From NCBI RefSeq assembly GCF_006345805.1, contig NW_021827462.1, forward strand, positions 1 to 10,306: a DNA stretch of 10,306 nt, written 5' to 3'. The DNA comes from Octopus sinensis. Taxonomy: Eukaryota. The notes under the pieces are model-generated. The model was given only the letters and a program-made list of their open reading frames with translations, made no database searches and had not been told where the DNA came from. The translations under genes and the position numbers were made by a program. This document shows positions 1-7,546 of the stretch, piece after piece (the first letter of the stretch is position 1; the number at the start of each line of letters is the position of its first letter).

Positions 1-345
1 CCCGACCCACCCCGCGTATTTCCCTCCCTCCACACATTCATTTACTCATTCTGTCTGTCTCTCTTTCTTCCTCTCCCCCCCATCTCTCTCTCTCTTTTCC
101 TTTTCTTCAAAGTGTTCCAGATTATGATTTTTTTTCTTTCTTTAATTCAGTGTCAGTCTGTCTGGCTGTCTTTCTCTTTCTCTCTCACTCTCTTTCTCTC
201 TCTCTCACTCTCTTTCTCTCTCTCCTGCTCTCTCACGCTACCTCTCTCTCTCTCCGTCTCCCTCTTTTTGCAAACACATTCATATACATACATGTGTATA
301 TATATATGTATATATGTATATCCATATCTACCTATTTATCTGTCT
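1..345. repeat. Low-complexity (CT)n-rich tract followed by (TA/TG)n tract
   Basis: Direct reading: ctctct runs to ~270, then tatatg runs. ORFs 112-450 and 150-386 are S/L-rich read-throughs. Confidence 0.9.
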
Positions 346-350
346 CTGTA

Positions 351-614
351 TACTCTTTTACTCTTTTACGTGTTTCAGTCATTTGACTGTGGCCATGCTG
401 GAGCACAGCCTTTAGTCGAGCAAATTGACCCCAGGAATTATTCTTTGTAAGCCTAGTACTTATTCTATTGGCTTCTTTTGCCGAACCGCTAAGTTACGGG
501 GAAGTAAACACACCAGCATCGGTTGTCAAGCGATTTGGGGGGGGGGAGACAAACACAGACATATAAACATATACACACATATACATATATATACATATAT
601 ACGACAGGTTTCTT
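351..614 (-). mobile_element. SINE family A (octopus-type), 3' module plus internal microsatellite, 5'-truncated
   Basis: Reverse complement matches 7680-7940 and 9900-10160 (gcttgacaaccgatgctggtgtgttt ... gaataagtactaggcttacaaagaataa ... ctccagcatggcc ... tgactgaaac, then an (agtaaaag)n tail). It breaks off after aagaaacctgtcgt. Confidence 0.9.
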
Positions 615-703
615 GCTGCTATTTTGCATGAGCAATGGTCAGTGATGGTCTTTCTTTGTCACAAATGGATTGTCATCGTATACGTCTTTTATCTACTATA
701 TTT

Positions 704-736
704 TATTAGGTTGTTTTACATGAATGTCGCATTTTT
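704..736 (+). repeat. Putative left terminal inverted repeat of mariner element with TA target site
   Basis: ta|ttaggttgttttacatgaatgtcgcattttt lies ~140 bp upstream of the transposase ATG and resembles the TTAGGTTG start of mariner TIRs. No matching right TIR was found. Confidence 0.45.
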
Positions 737-1010
737 AATTACTTGTTATTTCGGTCGTTTTAAAACTCAATTATGTACACCTTGCATTTAATCTTGATTC
801 TTTTTCCCAACAATATTGGTATACAAAATTCATACCCACAGACCTTATGAAAATGATAACAACCAAACTACATTGAGTGATTTTCTCATATGAGTACAAA
901 CTGGGTCACTCTGCTGCAGAAGCTCTGCAGAATACCAAACAGGCCTTTGGTAATGGTTTTGTTGACTTCAGAACTGTTCAGAGATGGTTCCAAAGCTCTC
1001 ATTCAGGAGA

Positions 1011-1369
1011 TAATAATATAATAATAATGAAATTATTGTATACAGTGCTCAGGTGCACCACAACTTGTCAAAAAGTGCGTATAAAGCATATGCAGTAATG
1101 TACAAATGTCTGGAAAGTGAACAGTGTATGAGTCAGATACATGCTTGTGTGTGTATGGAGGGGAGAAAATCAGGTGTAGTGTTGGTGAATCTCAGGAAGC
1201 GTGGAAGTTTTGAAGGATGCAGTGCTCCAACAACTAACAACTGATGCTGGCAGCTTGTTCCATGCTTCAGCAACTCTCAGCGTGAAAAAATGTTTCCTGA
1301 AGTCATGGGAGCTGTGCTGTTTTCTGACTTTGTAAATATGTCCACAGGTGTTAGACGGGTGGAGTTTTT
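1011..1369 (-). mobile_element. CR1-type LINE 3' end (RT C-terminus, 3' UTR, (ATT)n tail), copy 1
   Basis: Minus strand 1367-1170 reads KLHPSNTCGHIYKVRKQHSSHDFRKHFFTLRVAEAWNKLPASVVSCWSTASFKTSTLPEIHQHYT*. This fits the GH..K...RK.FF..RV...WN.LP..VV...FK pattern at the end of CR1/L2-group ORF2. Confidence 0.85.
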
Positions 1370-1573
1370 AAATAATAATAATAATGAAATTATTGTATAC
1401 AGTGCTCAGGTGCACCACAACGTGTCAGAGAGTGCATATAAAGTATATTTGTAATGTACAAATGTCTGGAAAGTGAACAATGTATGAGTCAGATACAAGC
1501 TTGTGTGTGTATGGAGGGGAGAAAATCAGGTGTAGCATTGGCGAATCTCAGAAAGCATGGAAGTTTTGAAGGA
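1370..1573 (-). mobile_element. CR1-type LINE 3' end, copy 2 (more 5'-truncated)
   Basis: Direct repeat of 1021-1218 with roughly 14-15 differences over ~195 bp by hand count; it has its own (ATT)n tail. Confidence 0.85.
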
Positions 1574-2387
1574 ATGATAGCCTTGAAAATAAACCAAGGG
1601 GTAGGCCAAAATAAGTTATTCAGCATGAGGGATTAAATGCTTTGGTTGAACAAAATCCAAGAACAAAGGCTTGAAAACTTTCATCAGAGCTCCAAACATC
1701 TCACACCACAGTTTTTGGACACCTGTAAAAAAATTGGGAAAGTCAAGAAAACAGATAGGTTTGTTCCACATCAACTGAACGAGATTCAAGAAAAAAGTCG
1801 CCTTGAAATGTGCTCCTTATTGCTTTATTGACTGAAAAAGGACCATTTTTGCATCAAATCATTACTTGTGATGAGAAATGGATACTCTTTGACAACAGCA
1901 GGAGAACAGGACAGTGATTAGATGCAGGAGAGTCACCTGCCCAAACCCACCATTGCACCCTAAAAAGTTAGTGGTCACTGTATGGTGGTTTGTAAAGGGA
2001 TTTATTCATTATTCAATTTTGCAACAAGGAAAAACAGTAATAGCAACATCATATTACCAGGAAATTGATTGTATGCATGAGAATTTGAAAACAAGGCAAC
2101 CCAGACTAAGGAATAGAGATGGCCCAATTTTGCCCCATGTCAATGCATGTACTCACACACCTCTAAAAGTTGCAAAGCCTGAATTATGAGATTTTGCAAC
2201 ATCCACCCTATTTCTTTAATATCTCTCCTACTGATCATCACTAATTTAAGCATTTTGAGCTTTTCATAAGCAATAAAACATTCTTAAATAGGGAAGTGGT
2301 AATTGAAGCATTTGGACAGTTTATCACAGCAAAAGATGAATTTTTTGTTTAAGATGGAATATAAGACTCAGAGAAAAAAGTAGATGG

Positions 2388-2843
2388 ATGAAGACCTTCT
2401 TTAGCCTGGAGTGCTGGTGTTTCTCCTTTCCCTACCCATTGTCTTCAGCATTTGATATTTTTTTTATTGAGAACCCATTTCTCATCACCAGTCACTATTC
2501 AGTCCTAAAACGGTTCATTCATGAGACGTGACAGCAAAGAAAAGCACACATTCACTCTCTGCACATGATTAGACTTGGAAAGTTTGTTAGGAACCTTTTT
2601 GACCCAATTTGCTGACGATTTCAACAGCACACAGGTGTTGATGATTGGTTGAATGACCAATTCCAAGCTTCTCTGCTAGTTCCTCAACAGTTACGATGAG
2701 ATTTTTTTCCACCAAGTTTTGCAGGACGTCCTTGTTTTGCGGGACATCCAAGTTTCGCAGGATGAGTTTTATCTTGTAGGTTGTAGCTTTCAGCTCAGAA
2801 TTTCTGGAACCACCGTTGATAATGGCTTACGCTTATTGTCCGA
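2388..2843 (-). pseudogene. Second mariner transposase fragment (N-terminal half), different family, opposite orientation
   Basis: Minus strand reads QRWFQKF (2818-2798), DVLQNLVEKNLIVTVEELAEKLGIGHST, QRVNVCFSLLSR, IVTGDEKWVL (TGDEKW at 2492-2475) and RQWVGKGETP. Contains stops and frameshifts. Confidence 0.88.
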
Positions 2844-2847
2844 TCCC

Positions 2848-2878
<31 letters not shown>

Positions 2879-3115
2879 GTTTAGCGTCCGTTTTCCATGC
2901 TAGCATGGGTTGGACGGTTCTACTGGGGTCTGTGAAGCCAGGAGGCTTCATCAGGCCCAGTCAAATCTGGCAGTGTTTCTACAGCTGGATGCCCTTCTTA
3001 ATGCCAACCACTCCGTGAGTGTAGTGGGTGCTCTTTACGTGCCACCTGCACAGGTTCCAGACAGAGCTGGCAAACGGCCACGAACGGATGGTGCTTTTTA
3101 CGTGCCACTGGCACA
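2848..3115 (-). mobile_element. 5'-truncated retroposon (SINE or RTE-type 3' end) with (GAT)10 tail
   Basis: (CAT)10 at 2848-2877. The minus strand ends ccaacccatgctagcatggaaaacggacgctaaac(gat)n and contains ggttggcattaagaagggcatcc. It has an internal ~26 bp duplication (3027-3051 vs 3090-3115). The RTE assignment is from memory. Confidence 0.7.
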
Positions 3116-3386
3116 TAATACTGCATTAATTTTCCTCGCACTTTCCAATGCATTATTGCCTTTTATGAACTCATAAAGCAAAATATGCAGAATATGCATC
3201 TTTTGTCACTTGCATTTTAGCTTTGAAAAAATAACTGTTAAAATTGACCTGCACTCTCCAAAACTTGGACTTAGAATAATGACAAGGTAAAAATACTACC
3301 CGCTTCTATAGTAAGCTGATGCAAGTTTATTCTGTTCATCACCAACTTGAAAAAAAACGCATTATTTATGAGATGACCCAATATAT

Positions 3387-3390
3387 GTGC

Positions 3391-3434
<44 letters not shown>

Positions 3435-3634
3435 TGTGTGGTGGTGTGTGTGGTGTGTGTGTGCGTGTGTGTGTGTACACACGACAAGCTTCTTTCAGAC
3501 TCTCTCTACCAAATCCCTTCACAAGGCTTTGATTGGTCTAAGGCTACAGTAGAAGACACTTGCCCAAATTGCCATGCAGTGGGACTGAACCTAGAAACAT
3601 TTGGTCGGGAAGCAAGCTTCGTAGCAACACACAC
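3387..3634 (-). mobile_element. SINE family A, 5' module plus microsatellite
   Basis: Reverse complement contains the B-box-like ggttcagtccc, the CORE-like ttgggcaagtgtcttct, and ctgaaagaagcttgtcgt; matches 7560-7690. Confidence 0.9.
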
Positions 3635-3808
3635 CTAAGAAGCTTGCTTCCCGACCAAATGGTTCTGGGTTCAGTCCTACTGTGTGGCACCTTGGGCAAG
3701 TGTCTTCTACTGTAGCCTTGGGCCAGCCAAAGCCTTGTGAGGGAATTTGGTAGACGGAAACTGAAAGAAGACCATTGTATATATATTTATTAAATTGTTA
3801 TTATATAT

Positions 3809-3850
<42 letters not shown>
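3635..3850 (+). mobile_element. SINE family A, 5' module plus (TA)n, head-to-head with the previous copy
   Basis: gaagcttgcttcccgaccaaatggttctgggttcagtcc ... ccttgggcaagtgtcttct ... ggaaactgaaagaag. Confidence 0.9.
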
Positions 3851-3851
<1 letters not shown>

Positions 3852-4108
3852 TGATGGACTCTACCATCGAAGATGACATAGGAGTGTTTAGATTTTGCTG
3901 AACAATGTATTGTTTGTAGTGATCGAATGTTCGTGCTGCACAATAGTTCACACTTTTCATCAAATCAATGTTGTCTGAACAGGTGCCATGTGTCAGGTGT
4001 TGAAGTGATTGCAGAGCAATGTGAGATTAAGTATTTTTGCCCATCCAGTCAAGGAATTGAAATCATGATCTAGCAATCATGATTGTAACACCCTAACCTC
4101 TAGGCCAT
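3852..4108 (-). mobile_element. Degenerate tRNA-derived SINE (family C)
   Basis: The minus strand starts with the A-box-like tggcctagagg (4107-4097) and B-box-like gatttcaattcc (4064-4053). The body extent to 3852 is inferred and ends at a microsatellite. Confidence 0.55.
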
Positions 4109-4131
4109 GTATATGTGTGTATATATATATA

Positions 4132-4397
4132 TATATTATAATAAATTAGAGACAAAACCACTATTATGCAAATCAAACAAAGAAAGACTTAAGCCAATAC
4201 ATAAAATAATTTATATAAATTAAAATTTAACAAATGAAACCACCTGAAGAATGTCTAAGATGTGCTGACAAAAAACGATCGTAGTGGTTATTCATTTGTT
4301 AAATTTTAATTTATATAAATTATTTTATGTATTGGCTTAAGTCTTTCTTTGTTTGATTTGCATAATAGTGGTTTTGTCTCTAATTTATTATAATATA
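4132..4397. repeat. Perfect 107-bp inverted repeat (4132-4238 / 4291-4397) with a 52-nt spacer
   Basis: Checked base by base with no mismatches; coordinates pair to a constant sum of 8529. Confidence 0.98.
4239..4288 (+). ncRNA. Minimal type I hammerhead ribozyme motif with a mutated core (probably inactive)
   Basis: Helix I accac (4239-43) / gtggt (4284-88); CTGAAGA core (4244-50); helix II tgtc/gaca with an 11-nt loop; aAAAC at 4272-76 (G12>A); palindromic helix III acgatcgt (4275-82); GTA cleavage triplet (4281-83). Confidence 0.75.
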
Positions 4398-4700
4398 ATA
4401 TTTTATTATAAAATTGGATTCAATCCTAAATCTGATTTTTCCCTGTAAGTTTGGATTTATTCCCTAATATTTTATTATTATTATATATATATATATATAA
4501 CTATATATCAAGTAATATCTTTTTGCTTGTTTATTTTGTCTCTCTGTCTTATCTCATGGTGAGATATGAGCATTTTAGGTGGTTTTTAGAGTCAGGGTTT
4601 TGACTGCTATTTCGGTATGGTGGTGTCTCTCAGATACCCTTATTTATAGTCGTAAAAAATTACTACCTTTGTATGGTATTTATTCCCATGCTGGCCACTT

Positions 4701-4732
4701 GATAATATCGATATTTAAATATCGATATTATC
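4701..4732. repeat. Perfect 32-bp palindrome
   Basis: gataatatcgatatttaaatatcgatattatc equals its own reverse complement. Confidence 0.97.
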
Positions 4733-4753
4733 CTTATTTATAAATATATATAT

Positions 4754-4785
<32 letters not shown>

Positions 4786-4850
4786 GATAGAAATGGTAAG
4801 ACAACAAAAGAATGAAAGAGACCTCGAAATTATGTAAATAGAGGAATTTA

Positions 4851-5064
4851 TCTGTAAATATAATATGTGACAATTATTCGGTAGCCATGGTAAAACTCCA
4901 AGTTTCAGATGTCAGGGCAGAAACCCATGCGGCATCTCTTCAGTTATCTGGCCATCAAAAAAAATGAGATGCCAGCGTGGGTTTCTGCCCCAGCATCCCA
5001 AACATCTGAAACTTAGAGTTTTGTCATGGCTACCAAATAATTGTCACCATATTATATTTACAGA
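4851..5064. repeat. Imperfect inverted repeat (4851-4938 / 4966-5064)
   Basis: tctgtaaatataatatgtgacaattattcggtagccatggtaaaactccaagtttcagatgt pairs with 5002-5064, and gggcagaaacccatgcggcatctc pairs with 4966-4990. There are scattered mismatches and a ~10-nt insertion in the right arm. Confidence 0.95.
4889..4948 (-). ncRNA. Minimal type I hammerhead-like motif with intact core letters
   Basis: Minus strand: gataa-CTGAAGA-GATG-ccgcatgggtttctgccctga-CATC-t-GAAAC-ttgga-GTT-ttacc. Helix I is gataa/ttacc (1 mismatch; the other arm has ttgtc, implying ttatc). One extra U lies before GAAA. Confidence 0.65.
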
Positions 5065-5066
5065 CC

Positions 5067-5067
<1 letters not shown>

Positions 5068-5100
<33 letters not shown>

Positions 5101-5450
5101 AATATATATAATATACTAGGCCACACTCACACACATGTGCATGCTGGAAATGTATATATTTATTTTATATATATAAATACATACATATATATATATATAG
5201 ATATATTATTATATATATATGTCTATATATATGTATGTATGTATTTATGTATGTATGTATGTATGTATGTATATATATATATATATGTGTGTGTGTGTTG
5301 TGTGTGTGTGTGTGTATAAACACACATATAAAAATTTATGCTCACACACACACACACACACAAGCACACTCACACACACTCACACGCACGCACACATACA
5401 TACAGATATATATTAACGTATAAGTATATGTGTACATATTATATGCATAT
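5068..5450. repeat. Compound microsatellite (TA)n, (TATG)n, (TG)n, (CA)n
   Basis: Direct reading; it explains the Y/I/V/C/H/T-rich ORFs. Confidence 0.95.
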
Positions 5451-5686
5451 GAATATTCTATTTGTTAGCTTTTTAATTGTTATTTTATGTATATTTATAT
5501 ATTTTTTTCATTGAACACATGCTTTTAATCTGTCTGGGACCATGATCAATTCATGCGTAAATTATCCTGAATAAGATAACTGTAAAACATAGCAGTTTTA
5601 TAATTATTATTATTATTATTATCATTTTTATTATTATCATTATTATTATTATTATTTCTATTATCATTTTTATTATTATTATTATT

Positions 5687-5943
5687 CAGTAGTTTTTATT
5701 TTTTATAGCATGCTTTCACTTCACTACCGAGCGCAGCTCTGTGTGCCTTGGGTATGTGCTGTGATTTGTTGTGATGCTCTGATCGTTATTGTATGGAAAG
5801 TGTTCTGCGTAGGATGTGTGCAGTGCCTAGTAGTGCAATTTTCTGTATGTTATATGTGTTTGTAAGTCCTGGTGTTTTTGTTATGTATTTGTCTGAATAT
5901 TTTTTTATCATGCCTAATGCACCTACTATGATAGGAATTGTTT

Positions 5944-5944
<1 letters not shown>
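5687..5944 (-). mobile_element. R4/Dong-type (RLE-endonuclease) non-LTR retrotransposon 3' end with (TAA)n tail
   Basis: Minus strand 5944-5786 reads ETIPIIVGALGMIKKYSDKYITKTPGLTNTYNIQKIALLGTAHILRRTLSIQ*, matching the PIIVGALG...IQK..LLGTA.ILR C-terminus of R4/Dong ORFs. It is followed by a ~100-nt 3' UTR and (TAA)n at 5686-5602. Confidence 0.85.
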
Positions 5945-5974
<30 letters not shown>

Positions 5975-5980
5975 TTTTAC

Positions 5981-6021
<41 letters not shown>

Positions 6022-6126
6022 GAGTGAGAGAGCAGTTCATGCCATCAAGGCGACACTGGGGTAAAATATACGAAGCCCAATATACCCATCATGACTACCC
6101 GTCTGATAAAGGTACACCAGGCACAT
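6022..6126 (-). mobile_element. Unclassified retroposon family D, copy A (shortest)
   Basis: Matches 6835-6940 and 7230-7335; preceded on + by (ATT)n, which is the (AAT)n tail on -. Confidence 0.8.
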
Positions 6127-6152
6127 TATTATTATTATTATTATTATTATCA

Positions 6153-6228
<76 letters not shown>

Positions 6229-6435
6229 GGTGGCAAGCTGGCAGTATTGTTAACATGCCAGGCAAAATGCTTAGCAGCATTTCATCTGTCTTTGTGTTCT
6301 GAGTTCAAATTCCACCAAGGTCGACTTTGCCTTTCATCCTTTTGGGGTCAATGAAATAAGTACCAGTTGCATACTGGGGTTGATATACTTCCCACCCCTG
6401 AAATTAATGGCCTTGTGCCAAAATTTGAAACCATG
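6229..6435 (+). mobile_element. tRNA-derived SINE family B, near full length, with (ATT/ATC)n tail
   Basis: ggtggcaagctggcag head, B-box-like gagttcaaattcc (6301-6313), gcctttcatccttttggggtcaatgaaataagtacc core, tail at 6436-6518. Confidence 0.85.
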
Positions 6436-6520
6436 ATTATTATTATTATTATTATCATCATCATCATCATCATTATTATAATCATCATTATTATTATTAA
6501 CATTATTATTATTGTTATTA

Positions 6521-6598
6521 GGGCAGCAAGCTGGCAGAATCATGAGCATGACTCATCCCCTCTCCCAAAATAGCTGCCCTTGTGGCAAAATTTTAAAC
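6521..6598 (+). mobile_element. Internally deleted SINE B copy
   Basis: The head gcaagctggcagaatc is joined directly to a 3'-type segment, cccaaaatagctgcccttgtggcaaaattttaaac (compare 6395-6432). Confidence 0.65.
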
Positions 6599-6607
6599 TA
6601 TCATTAT

Positions 6608-6798
6608 TGGCTGTGTGGTAAGTAGCTTTACTTACGAACCACATGGTTCCAGGTTCAGTCCCACTGCATAGCACCTTGAGCAAGTGTCTTCTTCTATCGC
6701 CTCGGGCTGGCCAAAGCCTTGTGAGTGGATTTGGTAGATGGAAACTGAAAGAAGCCCATCCTATATATATGTATATATATGTGAGTATGTGTGTGTAT
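6608..6798 (+). mobile_element. SINE family A, 5' module
   Basis: tggctgtgtgg (A-box-like), ggttcagtccc (B-box-like), ccttgagcaagtgtcttc, followed by (TA/TG)n. Confidence 0.9.
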
Positions 6799-6834
6799 AT
6801 TATTATTATTATTATTATTATTATTATCATCATT

Positions 6835-7195
6835 GAGTGAGAGAGCAGTTCATGCCATCAAAGTGACACTCGGGTAAAATATACGAAGCCCAATATACCC
6901 ATCATGACTACCTGTCTGATAAAGGTACACCAGGCACATGCATCACAACCATATGTGCGCGACATGGTGATCTCATATCAAGATACACAGCACATGACCT
7001 TGTAGGTGGGGCCCAGTTAGAATTTTCTTCAGGTTCAGTAGCCCATCCCGCTCAAACGGTCCCTGAATAAGGGTTGTTTAAGGATGTTGAAAGAACCACC
7101 CATGTTTCCAGAGGGGAACTATTCAAACCCCAAAGAATCCCTCTCAACACATGGCTATGATGCTCCCCCACTACTTCTGCTCGTGATCAGAGATG
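6835..7195 (-). mobile_element. Family D, copy B (longest in window)
   Basis: Shares its end (gagtgagagagcag) with copies A and C; flanked by (ATT)n on both sides. Confidence 0.8.
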
Positions 7196-7229
7196 TATTA
7201 TTATTATTATTATCATTATTATTATTATT

Positions 7230-7443
7230 GAGTGAGAGAGCAGTGCATGCTATCAAAGTGACACTGGGGAAAAATATACAAAATCCAGTTTACCCATCAC
7301 AACAACCCATCGGATAAGGGTACACAGGCACATGCATCACAACCATTTGCGCACGACATGGGGATTTCATATAAAGATAGACAGTGCATGACCTTGCAGG
7401 TGGGGCCCAGTTAGAATTTTCTTCAGGTTGAGTTGCCCATCCC
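7230..7443 (-). mobile_element. Family D, copy C
   Basis: Aligns with 6835-7050; more diverged than A is from B. Confidence 0.8.
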
Positions 7444-7546
7444 AGGCATGACCATCTAGTCTGGAATATTTCTTGTCAGACATTTATTGCACATCTAGAA
7501 CTAGATTGTCCTATGGCCCTCCCTTACAAAAAAAAATAAAATAATC

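Larger units (their letters stand above)
847..2385 (+). pseudogene. Decayed mariner (Tc1/mariner, DD34D) transposase, interrupted at 1011-1573
   Basis: N-terminal HTH (YEYKLGHSAAEA...RTVQRWFQ), then SLENKPRGRPK after the insertion, FVPHQL (WVPHEL-like), ITCDEKWILFDN (1861-1896), PPLHPKKLVVTVWW, HVNACTH (HDNARPH-like) and QHPPYFFNISPTDHH (YSPDLAPSD-like). Multiple stops and frameshifts. Confidence 0.93.
4132..4482 (+). mobile_element. Putative Penelope-like element pseudo-LTR with an inverted partial copy
   Basis: A minimal hammerhead followed by ~200 nt of AT-rich sequence, an inverted copy of the first ~110 nt upstream, and (TA)n on both sides. No RT or GIY-YIG coding sequence is seen, so the class is inferred. 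Confidence 0.55.

Noticed and set aside
2420-2620. CTGANGA matches at 2612-2618 (+) and 2442-2448 (-), and also at 1681-1687 and ~2948-2954 (-)
   Set aside because: No helix II plus GAAA in the correct geometry; these are chance heptamers inside transposon relics.
2719-3018. 99-aa ORF with a His10 run
   Set aside because: It is the antisense of a mariner fragment plus a (CAT)10 retroposon tail, not a gene.
3865-3974. Possible minus-strand coding exon (AG...GT bounded, open frame NIDLMKSVNYCAARTFDHYKQYIVQQNLNTPMSSSM)
   Set aside because: Weak polypyrimidine tract and donor, no recognisable protein, and it lies directly downstream of a tRNA-like SINE head (4107-4053), so it is more likely SINE body. 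RNA-seq junctions would overturn this.
4595-4650. Third hammerhead candidate on the minus strand (ggtat/atacc helix followed by GAAAtagcaGTC)
   Set aside because: No CUGANGA in the right position and no helix I; the gactgctatttc motif matches dispersed family E instead.
5740-6950. Short shared words (gcatcacaac, acagcacat) between the Dong 3' UTR and family D
   Set aside because: Only 9-10 bp long and in opposite orientation relative to the two tails, so they do not support a shared 3' end.
6835-7443. Direct repeats as possible LTR pair or CRISPR-like array
   Set aside because: The copies have microsatellite tails and variable 5' truncation, with no TG...CA ends, PBS or regular spacers; the context is eukaryotic.
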